DNA of 64,000 nt from Acetobacteraceae bacterium. GTDB taxonomy: Bacteria > Pseudomonadota > Alphaproteobacteria > Acetobacterales > Acetobacteraceae. The first letter of the stretch is position 1. Each line of letters starts with the position of its first letter. The notes under the pieces were generated by a model. That model was not told the origin of the DNA. It searched no databases and was given only the letters and a program-made list of their open reading frames with translations. This document shows, piece by piece, positions 1 to 10,356 of the stretch. The stretch covers positions 17,744 through 81,743 of the forward strand of contig JBBARC010000007.1 in NCBI GenBank assembly GCA_040400005.1, in the 5' to 3' direction. The position numbers were made by a program, and so were the translations under genes.

Positions 1-337
1 CGATGGCATTGTGGTATCCAACCATGGTGGCCGGCAATTGGATGGCGTGCTGTCCACCGCCCGTGTGTTGGCTGGGATTGCCGATGCGGTGAGCGATCGG
101 CTGGTGGTGCTGGCCGATAGCGGGGTGCGCTCGGGGTTGGATGTGGTGCGGTTACTGGCGTTGGGGGCGCGCGGGGTTTTGCTCGGGCGGGCCTGGGCGT
201 TTGCGCTGGCCGCCGGCGGGCAAGCGGGGGTTGCCGACATGCTGGCCATACTGCAGGCCGAGATACGCGTGGCCATGGCGCTAACCGGCTGCACATCGAT
301 CGCCGCAATCAACCGGGGGATTTTAGATCGCGTCTAG
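1..337 (+). CDS. lldD: FMN-dependent alpha-hydroxy-acid (L-lactate) dehydrogenase, C-terminal fragment; the 5' end lies outside the window
   Basis: The ORF enters from the window edge. The string [10 protein letters not shown]...[18 protein letters not shown]...GR is typical of the LldD/glycolate-oxidase family C-terminus. Confidence 0.8.
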   Translation, partial: DGIVVSNHGGRQLDGVLSTARVLAGIADAVSDRLVVLADSGVRSGLDVVRLLALGARGVLLGRAWAFALAAGGQAGVADMLAILQAEIRVAMALTGCTSIAAINRGILDRV

Positions 338-364
338 CTGGCGTTTGGGGGGCTATTTTTAGCG

Positions 365-931
365 GTGTCTGTGCGCGAAATCACCCGCCAGGTGGCCAAT
401 GCCGCCGCCACCGCCCGCAAAGCCGATAGCGGCGCCCGCACCATCGGCGATGTGATGCGCACATTACCCGGCGCGGTTGCCCGCATTGGCGACGTGGCCA
501 GCCTGATTGCCGATATCGCCGGGCGTACCAATTTTCTGGCGCTGAATGCAACGATCGAGGCGGCGCGGGCCGGTGATGCCGGGCGCGGCTTTGCGGTGGT
601 TGGCGGCGACGTAAAAACCCTGGCGACCCAAACCGCCACCGCCACCGAACAGATCGCCGCCCAAATCGCCGCCATTTCAGAAAGCTCCGGCGCTATTACC
701 GCCGCCGTGGAAGAACAACAGGCGGCGACGGGCGAAATTGTGCGCGGCGTGCGCGGTGCTGCCGGTGGCGTGGCCGACGTGGCGGCAGGCATTGCGGCGC
801 TCACCGCCATGACACTCGGATCGCGCACGACCGCAGGCGGGCTTGCTGGCGCGGTTGGCCGTTTAGAAACCAGGGCGGTGTCGTTACAAGATACCGTGGG
901 TGGGCTGGTGCGCGATTTGCGGGCGGCATAA
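365..931 (+). CDS. Methyl-accepting chemotaxis protein signalling-domain-only protein (188 aa; no sensor, TM or HAMP region)
   Basis: Contains the MCP hairpin-tip motif [40 protein letters not shown] start 25 bp after the lldD stop. Confidence 0.6.
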   Translation: MSVREITRQVANAAATARKADSGARTIGDVMRTLPGAVARIGDVASLIADIAGRTNFLALNATIEAARAGDAGRGFAVVGGDVKTLATQTATATEQIAAQIAAISESSGAITAAVEEQQAATGEIVRGVRGAAGGVADVAAGIAALTAMTLGSRTTAGGLAGAVGRLETRAVSLQDTVGGLVRDLRAA

Positions 932-1395
932 TTGTAACGACTAAGTAATATCATGCAAGGTCGCGCCTGGTGCGCCTCCGGCTGCCGACCAGCGCACGTC
1001 TGTACCCGTCGCGGCACTCTCTATGCCACGTCGCTCAGTTCGCCTATCGGCGGGCGCCCGGCATGGCGCCCAGCGTGACGTTGGCATAGTGGCTTGGCTA
1101 TCCTGCCGTGTTGCTGTGAGCCGTATGCGGGCGCGGCGTGGGGCGCCGGGGAGTGCAATAATTCTAGAATGGTGTCGAAAAATGAGAACCAAAATAACAA
1201 ATGCCGAATACTTTTGCATTTGCGACGATTACCCACGTCATCTACATACTTTCGTGCGCCAGACTCACATTATTTTGATGGCATAAGCGTTTTTCAGTTG
1301 GTAGAATCGGCGCAAGGGACTACAACCGGCAATAGTCGCTGCGCCCCTTCGCACCCTGCGTTCGCCGTGTGGCCACCCCTTGAGGTTGTCGTCAA

Positions 1396-1713
1396 ATGCG
1401 GTTCCTGTTCCCCGTCCGTGCCTTTGCGCACATGTTCCGGTTTGTGCGTCGGCAGGTGGCCGATACTGGCCACGCCGAAGCGGTGCGCACAATTCACAAT
1501 TCGCTGTACCAACAGGCCCGCGTGCTTAACGCCGTCACTTGCTATCCGCTGGAAGCGGAAGTGGTCAAAACGGTGGAAGAAAGCGTCATCGCCATGCGCC
1601 ACGCCGCCTACCGGGTGCAAATGCTGGAACGCGAACTCGCTGGCGCCAATGCGTCGCGCCGGCCGCCCCGCTCGCCATCGCCGGCCCAACCCGGGGTTGC
1701 CGCTAGTATTTAA
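1396..1713 (+). CDS. Hypothetical small helical protein (start may be the ATG at 1432)
   Basis: High GC3 in this frame and a non-shadow-like amino-acid composition (E/K/Q-rich helices). No recognisable family. Confidence 0.45.
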   Translation: MRFLFPVRAFAHMFRFVRRQVADTGHAEAVRTIHNSLYQQARVLNAVTCYPLEAEVVKTVEESVIAMRHAAYRVQMLERELAGANASRRPPRSPSPAQPGVAASI

Positions 1714-1982
1714 GCGCGTCGTTACTCAATTACTTAAATTCGTACTGTTGACCCTGTGGTTTGTTCGCTGTTTGCTGGGTCAATCTTGGCTGTAAGGCAC
1801 CACTGGCATTGCTGCCGGTGGGGCAATTTTACCTTGCAGCCGAAACAACCGCCGGCGCGCATTGGGTTCGCGCACTAAAATCTGCCCGATTTGTCCTGCC
1901 GGCCGTACCCCAGCAGGTGCTTTGCGGCCGGCCGTAATATCGCTAAGCCTAGCACAGCGGCGGTTAGGGGCAGGGCAGGCAT

Positions 1983-2963
1983 ATGGCAGGTTGGTTTCGC
2001 AATTTATTTCCCAAAAAACCAGCGACGCCCGCGCCAATCGCGGCCCCGCGGCCCCGGCCCGCGGCGTTCGAATCGCTGTTCGGCGTGGCTTTGGCCGCCC
2101 CCGCAACCGCGCTCGCCACCCCGGCACTGGCGCTTGCGGTGGATGGGATAGCGGCCAAAGAAACCATCATGATCGCCGGCAATTGCTGTGCCGATAGCCT
2201 GGTTCAAATGTTTCAAACCGATGACCGCCTGCGTGCCCAGTACCGTTTCATCCGGCTAGGCAGTGTGGAAGATCGCCGCCTAACCGACGCCCAAAAAGCC
2301 GAAATTTGCGCGGCGCGCCGGATCGTTATTCAAGATGTCGGCTCCATCGAGGCCAAAGCGATCGAAGCCTGCGTGCCAGATCAGTGCGAAATTATCCGCT
2401 TTCCGCAGCTCAATCTGCGCGCCCTATGGCCGTGGAACTGGCGCATGCTGCCGCCGGCACAAGGCGATACGCTCCTGCCACAAGCACGATTTGTATACTG
2501 CGACACGGCTTTGGAAAGCTTGCGCAAAACCATCAGCGATAAAACCGAATTGCTCGCGGCCTACCGCCAGACACAGCCAACCATGATGCAGACATTTCTA
2601 AAATTGCACGCATTCGATCAGCACCAGTTGCTCGAATACGATGAGATTTACGGCATGACGATTGGCGCTAGGATTTTGGCGGCGGTCCCCGAACGGCAAA
2701 TATTTTATAACCCAAGCCACCCGCACATGATTATTTACCAATGGCTGGGGGAGCATATTTGGGCCAAGCTTAACCTGCCTGGCACCTGCCCGGTGTTCGC
2801 CGGCGGCGATACCTGGCGCCAACACAGCCTGCCGGTGCATCCGGCCGTTGCGGCCCATTTTGGCCTAGCTTGGGCCAACGATGCGACTGTTTACACTAAC
2901 AAGGTGGCGGGTGCAGTAACCTGGGAAGACTACACGCGGGCCTACATCGCCGCCATGGACTAG
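1983..2963 (+). CDS. Hypothetical protein, possibly WcbI-like (polysaccharide-biosynthesis-associated); the start is uncertain (alternative ATG at 2169)
   Basis: 326-aa ORF with normal composition. The N-terminal IAGNCC string resembles the GNCQ start of the WcbI family as I remember it, but the assignment is weak. Confidence 0.55.
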   Translation: MAGWFRNLFPKKPATPAPIAAPRPRPAAFESLFGVALAAPATALATPALALAVDGIAAKETIMIAGNCCADSLVQMFQTDDRLRAQYRFIRLGSVEDRRLTDAQKAEICAARRIVIQDVGSIEAKAIEACVPDQCEIIRFPQLNLRALWPWNWRMLPPAQGDTLLPQARFVYCDTALESLRKTISDKTELLAAYRQTQPTMMQTFLKLHAFDQHQLLEYDEIYGMTIGARILAAVPERQIFYNPSHPHMIIYQWLGEHIWAKLNLPGTCPVFAGGDTWRQHSLPVHPAVAAHFGLAWANDATVYTNKVAGAVTWEDYTRAYIAAMD

Positions 2964-3474
2964 CCGATCAGGCGCATGCCGCCATTATGCCAGCGGCAAA
3001 CATCGAGCATAAGCCTGCGGTTTTACCATTTGATCACCCGTAAAATATCTGCCCGCTCATCGGTCCACAGCACCGGGCCAGGGGCCGGCACATCCCAGCC
3101 ATCGGCGGCAACGGCGCGGTCGCCGAAACCGCCAGAAACGGCGGGCCGATGGTTAGCGTCAGCCTGATCAGTAACCACAATGCCGGCGATCCGCTGGTTG
3201 GCGGGGCGGCCGTGCCAATGGCCAGCGGCAACAGCAAAAACAAATCCCAACACGCAGCATTCAGAAAAACTTGCGTGCGCGACCGCAAGCGATGGGCCGG
3301 TTGAATTTGCGCGTGCCCGGCCGCCCGGCCGCTTGGCGCCCAGTACACACCGTGTTTGGTTTTTTGCCGCGATAAGTAGTTTCCGTGGCTTGGGCGGCAT
3401 GCCGAGTATCGTTAGCTTGCCTCACCCCAACGTCGTTTGCCAATCGCTGCGAGGCCGACACAACAAAGACGCGA

Positions 3475-4872
3475 ATGCCCCATGGAGATGCACCTTTGCA
3501 AATAAAGGCTACAACCGCCGGCCTTGCCCCGACCAATGTGGCCCCGATCAGCCTGGCCCTGATCAGCCTGGCCCTGATCAGCCTGGCCCTGATCAGCCTG
3601 GGCGCTTGCGGAGATCAGGCAAAACTTACGCAATCATCGGGCTACGGTGCCGCACCCGAGCTGCCAGCGCCGCCCCCGACCCTAATCCCCACGCTTAACA
3701 TAGCACCGGCGGTGCGCTGGCGCGAAGGTGGCACCCCGACAGTCGCCCAGGTGGCGGCTGGCGATTTGCAGGTAACCCGGTTTGCCGAAAACCTTGATCA
3801 TCCGCGCTGGCTTTACGTGCTGCCTAATGGCGACGTGCTGGTGGCGGAATCTAACGCACCGCCCAAACCCGAAGACAGCAAAGGCATCCGCGGTTGGGTG
3901 CAACACCTGGCCATGCGGGCGGCAGGCGCGGTAACCGAAAGTGCTAACCGCATCACCTTATTACGATCAACCCGCCACAATGGCATCGCGGACCTGCGCA
4001 TGGTGTTTTTAAGCGGCCTGCATTCCCCGATCGGCATGGCGCTGGTTGGGCGCGATTTTTATGTCGCCGATAGTAACGCACTGCTGCGGTTTACCTACGC
4101 CGCCGGCGCCACCGCCATTCGCACGCCAGCGACAAAACTGCTCGATCTGCCGGCAGGCCCGATCAATCACCACTGGACCAAAAACGTCATCGCCAGCGCC
4201 GATGGCAGCCGCCTTTACGTTACCATCGGGTCCAACAGCAATGTTTTGGAAAATGGCGTGGCAGCCGAAGCGGGCCGCGCCGATATCTGGCAGATAAACC
4301 CCGCCGACGGTACCCACCGGGTGTTTGCCGCCGGCTTGCGCAATCCCAACGGCATGGGGTGGTCGTCCACCGGCAAGCTATGGGTGGCGGTGAACGAACG
4401 CGACGAGATCGGCAGCGATCTGGTGCCCGATTACATGACGGCCGTGGTGGATGGCGGTTTTTACGGCTGGCCCTATTCGTATTACGGCCAGCATGTCGAT
4501 GACCGTGCCAAACCGCCGCGGCCGGATCTGGTGGCGGCGGCCATACCGCCGGATTATGCACTGGGCGCACATACTGCCTCACTCGGCCTGGCGTTTCATA
4601 CTGGCCCAGGTCTTACCGCCGCCTTTGCCGAAGGCGCGTTTATTGGTCAGCACGGATCCTGGAACCGTAACCCATTGAGCGGGTACAAGGTTATTTTTGT
4701 GCCGTTCCGAAATGGTGCCCCAAGTGGCGCGCCGGTTGATATCCTTACCGGCTTTCTTGACCCCTACGGCCGCGCCCAAGGCCGCCCGGTAGGCCTTGCG
4801 ATCGATCCGCAAGGCGCTTTGCTGGTGGCCGATGATGTTGGCAACATGGTGTGGCGGGTCAGCGCGCGGTGA
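3475..4872 (+). CDS. PQQ-dependent sugar (sorbosone-type) dehydrogenase, lipoprotein
   Basis: [29 protein letters not shown] and GSWNR strings fit the soluble PQQ sugar dehydrogenase beta-propeller family. Signal peptide ends in the lipobox LGAC. The ATG at 3475 was chosen; an in-frame GTG at 3538 is also possible. Confidence 0.85.
   Translation: MPHGDAPLQIKATTAGLAPTNVAPISLALISLALISLALISLGACGDQAKLTQSSGYGAAPELPAPPPTLIPTLNIAPAVRWREGGTPTVAQVAAGDLQVTRFAENLDHPRWLYVLPNGDVLVAESNAPPKPEDSKGIRGWVQHLAMRAAGAVTESANRITLLRSTRHNGIADLRMVFLSGLHSPIGMALVGRDFYVADSNALLRFTYAAGATAIRTPATKLLDLPAGPINHHWTKNVIASADGSRLYVTIGSNSNVLENGVAAEAGRADIWQINPADGTHRVFAAGLRNPNGMGWSSTGKLWVAVNERDEIGSDLVPDYMTAVVDGGFYGWPYSYYGQHVDDRAKPPRPDLVAAAIPPDYALGAHTASLGLAFHTGPGLTAAFAEGAFIGQHGSWNRNPLSGYKVIFVPFRNGAPSGAPVDILTGFLDPYGRAQGRPVGLAIDPQGALLVADDVGNMVWRVSAR
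3541..3605 (+). repeat. 15-bp tandem repeat GATCAGCCTGGCCCT, about 4 copies, in frame (ISLAL)n within a signal peptide
   Basis: Direct reading: units at 3546-3560, 3561-3575 and 3576-3590 are identical; 3591-3605 is partial. Confidence 0.95.
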
Positions 4873-6448
4873 TAACCGGCTTAGCTGCATTAAACGCGGT
4901 ATTCGCCATTTGCAGCACAACCTGGGCAGTGGCCTTGCTGGCAAAGCCCAGCACAAAACTATTGATGTTGGATATATCATCGCACCAGCGGCCGGGATTA
5001 TCCACACAGCCGCCATCGCGCCCGGGCACGCGGCCTTCGTAATTGCCGGTAAACCCACCCCATACCCGCACTTCGTTCAAAGATTTACAGCAATCCTGCT
5101 GGGTGAGAATGCCACTATTGGGAATCCCTACCAGGCTGAACGCGTTACTATCGGTGCCATCATTACCAAAACCGGCGATGCGGGCCGCAATACCAGCGGC
5201 CCCCAGAACGGTCGCAAACGCCTGGTTGCCGGGCTGCGATTGGGCCACCACGTTGGGCGGAAATTTGGCAACATTTGATGCATGCCCGGGGTCGGCGATC
5301 AGCACATCGAAATTGGGCGTGGCGGTGACATCCACATCAATATCAAACGCAATCGCCTGGGCCTCGGCCGCGTCCAGATGGCGGGTGTAATAGGCCGATC
5401 CGTGCAGGCCCAATTCCTCGCCGCCAAAAAACACATATCGTAAGGCGTTGCGGGTTGGCGTGTGGGCCAATTTAAGCGCAATTTCTAGGATGGTTGCGCA
5501 GCCGCTGGCATTATCGAGGATGCCGGGGCCAAAAATCGAATCCAAATGGGCATCCACCACAACCACCCGGCTTGCCGTGCCGCCAGTGGTATTAGCTGGT
5601 GGCGCATCGGCGATCAGGTTGATGTCGTGCACAGTGATTTTCTGTGTGGTGATGGCAAGCGTTACCGGCGCGTTCGTGCCCGCAAGGTAGGCTGCGCGCA
5701 AATCCGCCCCCAAGCGGGCACTCACGAAGGCCGCCACCGGTATAGTTGCGTCGCTCGCTAGCCGCGCCGGTGCCGCCGCTTGTGTGCTGGTGATGCTGGC
5801 CGCATCGGCCATTGCGGCCTGATCCCGCCGATAAACAATAACGCCGCGCGCGCCGGCAGCCGTTGCGTTGGCAACTTTGGCGCCAACCGGGCAGCCCCCC
5901 TGCGGCATCAGGGCGATTTTTCCGGTGGTAAACCCTACAAAATCCTGCGCCGCACACCCGCTTGCCTGGGCATCGCGGCCCAACCCTTGCGCCAACGCCT
6001 GCACCGTGCCGGCACCGGTGCCGATCGCCGCAAACCACGATTGGCCTAGCCGCATGGCATGCCCGCCGACACGCAACACTGGCTGTGCTGCCGCGGTCGT
6101 GTAGCTAAATTGGTAGGGTTGGCGGTGCACCGCATACCCTGCGCGGCGCAGAATTTTTTCAACATAGGCGACCGACGCCGCATAACCCGCACTGCCAGCA
6201 TCGCGGTTACCATGGCCAGCCGCATCGGGGTTGGCCGTGGCAATCGCCTGAAATTTCACCAGATGGCGCCGCACCCAGGGTGTTTGCACGCAAGCGGCCA
6301 GCAGATCGGCGGTGGCGTTGGCGCGGCTTTCGCACACCGCAAGGGTGGGCAGCACCACTGTTGCCAGCGCCACTGGGGCAGCAAAGGCAGGTGTGAACAG
6401 TGCGGTCAGCGTGACGCCTGCCAAGGTAAGGGTGCGGGCTTGGGGCAT
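4859..6448 (-). CDS. M28-family aminopeptidase with PA domain, secreted
   Basis: [30 protein letters not shown]...[15 protein letters not shown] matches the M28 zinc-ligand motifs. N-terminal signal peptide. AGGA Shine-Dalgarno sequence 5 nt before the ATG. Confidence 0.85.
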   Translation of the reverse strand: MPQARTLTLAGVTLTALFTPAFAAPVALATVVLPTLAVCESRANATADLLAACVQTPWVRRHLVKFQAIATANPDAAGHGNRDAGSAGYAASVAYVEKILRRAGYAVHRQPYQFSYTTAAAQPVLRVGGHAMRLGQSWFAAIGTGAGTVQALAQGLGRDAQASGCAAQDFVGFTTGKIALMPQGGCPVGAKVANATAAGARGVIVYRRDQAAMADAASITSTQAAAPARLASDATIPVAAFVSARLGADLRAAYLAGTNAPVTLAITTQKITVHDINLIADAPPANTTGGTASRVVVVDAHLDSIFGPGILDNASGCATILEIALKLAHTPTRNALRYVFFGGEELGLHGSAYYTRHLDAAEAQAIAFDIDVDVTATPNFDVLIADPGHASNVAKFPPNVVAQSQPGNQAFATVLGAAGIAARIAGFGNDGTDSNAFSLVGIPNSGILTQQDCCKSLNEVRVWGGFTGNYEGRVPGRDGGCVDNPGRWCDDISNINSFVLGFASKATAQVVLQMANTAFNAAKPVITAR

Positions 6449-7081
6449 GACTATCCTGCGGCTTCAATGGGGGGGGCTGAAGCAGATAATCATCGTTACG
6501 CTAACCACGCAAGCAGGAGCCAGCGTTAAAAGGCTATGGCAGGACGCCTGAACGCGTAACGTGGAGCCGCCGGACTGCATGCAGCAATCGCTGTACGTTC
6601 CAATTTTGCATGAAAGTGTAACGTTTTCGGAGATTTTGCTGGCCGAAGCGCTGTGCTGGCGGATCTTTGGCGAGCCAGAAATAGCAAACCGTAGCAACCA
6701 TTACGATCGTTGCGGTATCGCCGGCATCTCTCCTGCGTCAGCGTGCCGTCGCGCGGCGGCCTTGTGGGTAATCGCCAGCCGGTCAAGATCCATACCAGGG
6801 GGAAGACGGCCCAAGTGTGGCGGAAATTCATCAAAATGGAGAGATGCTGTGTGTTGCAGTCCCCCCTAGAATCAGCGCGATTCGGGCCGACGCAGGCTTA
6901 TTTTAGCGCTTATGGGGCGAAGCCCGCTTAATTTGATCCCCCAAATTCCACCGCGCCAAAAGCCGCAGCCTAAACAGGTTTACCAGTTCGCCCTGATGAT
7001 GACTCTTCCATTATCAAGGCGGGCATCAAGGTGGGCATCAAGGCGGGTTGGTATGCGCGGCCAGGGTTGGCGGGCGGCGGC

Positions 7082-7145
7082 GCGCCAAAAAAAGACTAAT
7101 GCCGACCCGCGTTGGCCCATTCTTCATGGGTCAACACTTAAGCGG
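7082..7145 (+). repeat. Copy A of a roughly 64-bp hairpin-containing repeat (second copy at 53299-53361)
   Basis: GCGCCAAAAAAAGAC...GGCCCAT-TCTTC-ATGGGTC-AACACTTAAGCGG aligns at about 75% identity with the copy at 53.3 kb. Confidence 0.7.
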
Positions 7146-7348
7146 GTTGGTCTTAGAGCCTGATCGCTTGAAGTTGGCGCGGCAGCGATGTGCGTTCAGG
7201 CTCTTGGTGCTCCAGGCCGGGATTAGCAGAACGCCGATAAACGGAATTTGCTGCCGGGGCTGATGCCCTGCCGGCGCCATTGTGCCGGTGCGCCGGCGCG
7301 CAAACCCAGCCCGGCGGCTCGGGCGCAACCGCCCCGGACGTTAAACCG

Positions 7349-7924
7349 TTATTGCGTGCACGGCGCCTGAGCAGGCGCGCAGCTCGCGACAAAGGCGTGG
7401 GTTGCGTAGTCGCTGCTCAGGTAATTGCCGGTAAAACCGGCAGCCACATTGCCGGCAGCCAAGGTTGTTGAATACGCGCCGGGATATTGCAGGCTGTGAT
7501 GGGTGCCGTTGAAGAAAAAGCCATGCGTGATGTTGCCGGCAGCAACCCAGTTGCCCAGCACGTCGCCTTTCGCCAACACGGCGACGACCGATGTGCTGAC
7601 CGCGCCGGGATAGCTGAACGTGGTTGTTTTATTGAGCGTGTGCACAAAGCCGCGCATGACATGGCTGGCGTCCGTGTACCAGCCGCCGATGGTGCCGCCC
7701 GCGGAAATTGTGCTGATATTGGTATAGGTCGATCCTGGCGGGTCGAAGCTGGTGATGACGCCAGCCGTGTAGGTGAAGCCGTGGTTTCTGTTGTCTGCGG
7801 TGGTGTAGGTGCCGGCCACCGTGCCGGCATCATTTATGGCCGCGGGGCTGGTGGAAATTGAGCCCGGCGGATTGAAAAGTGTCACGGTGGTTTTCTTAAT
7901 CACCACGCCCGAATAGCCTGACAC
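7349..7924 (-). CDS. HAF-family extracellular-repeat protein, apparently N-terminally truncated (no signal peptide)
   Basis: About 45-aa repeats ending in HGF/RGF/HAF (NHGFTY, MRGFVH, THGFFF, THAFVA) with INDAG-type starts. The ORF begins only 150 bp from the ilvD start. Confidence 0.5.
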   Translation of the reverse strand: MSGYSGVVIKKTTVTLFNPPGSISTSPAAINDAGTVAGTYTTADNRNHGFTYTAGVITSFDPPGSTYTNISTISAGGTIGGWYTDASHVMRGFVHTLNKTTTFSYPGAVSTSVVAVLAKGDVLGNWVAAGNITHGFFFNGTHHSLQYPGAYSTTLAAGNVAAGFTGNYLSSDYATHAFVASCAPAQAPCTQ

Positions 7925-8074
7925 ACCCGCGGGTGATCGTGTCGGTGAAAATGTGCCCCAACCCGCAAGGCAACCCCAGCCCTGCGCCCCAAAACCTTTT
8001 CCCGCACTCGCCCCTCGGCTAAGCCTTCCGCAAGGAAGCCCCTAAACCCACCACCCGCGGGAGAATTTTTAGCC

Positions 8075-9811
8075 ATGGCCGACACCACCGCCCCAAAGAT
8101 CTGGGACAAATCGCGCATGCCATCGCGCCATGTGACCATCGGCCCGGGCCGTGCGCCGCACCGCAGTTATTATCACGCCATGGGCATCACCGAAGAGGAA
8201 ATTGCCCAGCCGTTTGTGGGCGTCGCCACCTGCTGGAACGAAGCCGCCCCGTGCAATATATCGCTGTCGCGCCAGGCCCAATCGGTTAAGCGCGGGGTGA
8301 TTGAAGGCCACGGCACGCCGCGCGAATTCACCACCATAACGGTGACCGACGGCATCGCCATGGGCCATCAGGGAATGAAATCCAGCTTGGTTTCGCGTGA
8401 TGTTATCGCCGATTCGGTGGAGCTGACCATGCGCGGCCATTGCTATGATGCGCTGGTGGGGGTTGCTGGCTGCGATAAATCGCTGCCCGGCATGATGATG
8501 GCCATGCTGCGGCTGAACGTGCCCAGCGTGTTTATGTATGGCGGATCGATCCTGCCCGGCAAATTCAAAGGCCGTGATGTCACCGTGCTGGATGTGTTCG
8601 AGGCCGTCGGCCAGCATGCGGCTGGTAATATGTCGGATGAGGATTTGCACGAGCTGGAATGTGTTGCTTGCCCTTCGGCCGGTGCTTGCGGCGGACAGTT
8701 TACGGCCAACACCATGGCAACCGTGAGCGAGGCCATGGGTTTGGCGCTGCCGGGATCGGCCGGGGCGCCGGCACCGTATGAGGAGCGCGACCGATGGGCG
8801 GTGGAATCCGGCCGTGCGGTGATGCGGCTGCTGGAGCTGAATATCCGGCCGCGCGATATTGTGACATTAAAAGCGCTGGAAAATGCAGCCGTTGTGGTGG
8901 GCGCTACGGGGGGATCGACCAATGCCGCACTGCATTTGCCGGCGATTGCCCACGAAGCTGGCATTAAATTCACCATGGATGACGTCGCCGCTATTATGCG
9001 GCGCACCCCGTACATCGCCGACCTGAAACCGGGCGGTAAATATGTGGCGTTGGATGTGCACCGTGTGGGTGGTATCCCGGTTATTTTGAAAGCATTGATG
9101 GATGGCGGCCTGCTGCACGGCGATTGCTTGACCGTGACCGGCCGCACCATGGCGGAAAATTTAAAAGACGTGGTTTTTCCAACCGATCAGGACGTGATTT
9201 ACACCGTCGCCAACCCTATCACCACCGCTGGCGGCGTGGTGGGCCTTAAAGGCAGCCTGGCCCCGGATGGCGCCATTGTTAAAATCGCCGGCTTGCACGC
9301 GCTGCGCTTTGAAGGCCCGGCGCTATGCTTTGATTGCGAAGAAGATGCTTTTGCCGCGGTGCAAGCGCGCGCCTACAAAGAAGGCGATGTGATTGTTATT
9401 CGCTATGAGGGGCCCAAAGGCGGCCCCGGCATGCGCGAGATGCTGTCCACCACGGCTGCGATCTACGGCCAGGGCATGGGCGAGAAAGTGGCGCTGATCA
9501 CCGATGGCCGATTTTCGGGCGCCACACGCGGGTTTTGCGTGGGGCATGTTGGGCCGGAGGCCGCCTTGGGTGGCCCGATCGGCCTGCTGCGCAATGGCGA
9601 TAAAATTATATTGGATGCCGCCGCCGGCACCATCGATGTTGATCTTACCGCGGCCGAGCTTGCCGAGCGGCGGGCCGCCTGGACCCCGCGCGAGACAATT
9701 TACCGCAGTGGCGCTATTTGGAAATACGCGCAACTCGTCGGGCCCGCCTATTTAGGCGGTGTCACCCACGGCGGGGCCGCAGTAGAAGGGGAAACCTATG
9801 CCGATGTTTAA
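8075..9811 (+). CDS. ilvD: Dihydroxy-acid dehydratase
   Basis: 578 aa. [29 protein letters not shown] and TDGRFSG motifs. Confidence 0.95.
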   Translation: MADTTAPKIWDKSRMPSRHVTIGPGRAPHRSYYHAMGITEEEIAQPFVGVATCWNEAAPCNISLSRQAQSVKRGVIEGHGTPREFTTITVTDGIAMGHQGMKSSLVSRDVIADSVELTMRGHCYDALVGVAGCDKSLPGMMMAMLRLNVPSVFMYGGSILPGKFKGRDVTVLDVFEAVGQHAAGNMSDEDLHELECVACPSAGACGGQFTANTMATVSEAMGLALPGSAGAPAPYEERDRWAVESGRAVMRLLELNIRPRDIVTLKALENAAVVVGATGGSTNAALHLPAIAHEAGIKFTMDDVAAIMRRTPYIADLKPGGKYVALDVHRVGGIPVILKALMDGGLLHGDCLTVTGRTMAENLKDVVFPTDQDVIYTVANPITTAGGVVGLKGSLAPDGAIVKIAGLHALRFEGPALCFDCEEDAFAAVQARAYKEGDVIVIRYEGPKGGPGMREMLSTTAAIYGQGMGEKVALITDGRFSGATRGFCVGHVGPEAALGGPIGLLRNGDKIILDAAAGTIDVDLTAAELAERRAAWTPRETIYRSGAIWKYAQLVGPAYLGGVTHGGAAVEGETYADV

Positions 9812-10235
9812 GGGTTTTTTGAGGGCCACGATGCTCGCCACGCTGATTGCTGGCCTCGTCGTAACGCCGCTAACCGCGCACGCCCAGGCGTTGCTGTACA
9901 CCGGATCGTTAAAATGCGATTCCTTGCCTGGCCAAACCGTAACCCCCGCCCCCAGCGCGGTGTTGCTGCGGGTGCAGGGTTACCGCGCTACCTACCAGTT
10001 GCTGGCGCAAGGCTACGGTACCGTGCCATCTGGCATTAACGATACCGGCCGCGGCACCATCACCGGTATGGATGCCAAACTAACTGGCGGCGGCAACAAA
10101 GCCGGCGTCGATCTTAAAACCACGGTCACTGGCATTCGCCGTGGCCGCGAATACGATCTGGCAGCCGACCAGGTGTTTTCGGGCAAAGGGCTGCTTGTTG
10201 CCATAACCCGCCGCTGTAAGGGCACGGCCCGCTAA
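9798..10235 (+). CDS. Hypothetical secreted protein
   Basis: Signal peptide [20 protein letters not shown]. Overlaps the ilvD stop by 14 nt. Confidence 0.6.
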   Translation: MPMFKGFLRATMLATLIAGLVVTPLTAHAQALLYTGSLKCDSLPGQTVTPAPSAVLLRVQGYRATYQLLAQGYGTVPSGINDTGRGTITGMDAKLTGGGNKAGVDLKTTVTGIRRGREYDLAADQVFSGKGLLVAITRRCKGTAR

Positions 10236-10253
10236 TATCGCGAACCATTTCAG

Positions 10254-10289
10254 CGCGTTGCAGCAATTTCATCATCTTGTTGCAACGCG
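10254..10289 (+). terminator. Terminator-like hairpin (13-bp stem with one G-U pair, 10-nt loop); no clear U tract
   Basis: CGCGTTGCAGCAA-tttcatcatc-TTGTTGCAACGCG, 19 bp after the stop at 10235. Confidence 0.35.
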
Positions 10290-10356
10290 GTGAGTCGCTG
10301 TGCGTTATGCTTGTAGCAACGGTGCCGATTTCCGTCGCCCGCACCGGATAACCACA

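Noticed and set aside
334-1017. Many long ORFs lie antisense to or overlap the called genes, for example 334-1017(-), 8443-9150(-), 37026-37712(+), 51266-51973(-), 56401-57321(+), 57493-58263(+) and 14108-14698(-).
   Set aside because: Their Ala/Arg/Pro/Gly-rich composition is typical of shadow ORFs in high-GC DNA. Each overlaps a gene with clear family motifs on the other strand or in another frame.
2050-2080. A GTTCGAATC string resembling a tRNA T-loop.
   Set aside because: The flanking bases do not form a T-stem and no acceptor or anticodon arms can be drawn. It lies inside an ORF.
3023-3400. Two overlapping minus-strand ORFs (3023-3400, 125 aa; 3034-3348, 104 aa, hydrophobic) lie between the WcbI-like gene and the PQQ dehydrogenase.
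   Set aside because: Both frames have moderately high GC3, neither shows a recognisable family, and I cannot decide between them from sequence alone. A small membrane protein here remains possible.
6469-6476. A G8 homopolymer tract 21 nt upstream of the M28 peptidase start could be a phase-variation switch.
   Set aside because: Runs of this length are expected by chance a few times in 64 kb at this GC content. There is no supporting evidence, such as a position between the -35 and -10 elements or a coding-frame effect. It is mentioned only as part of the gene-poor region.
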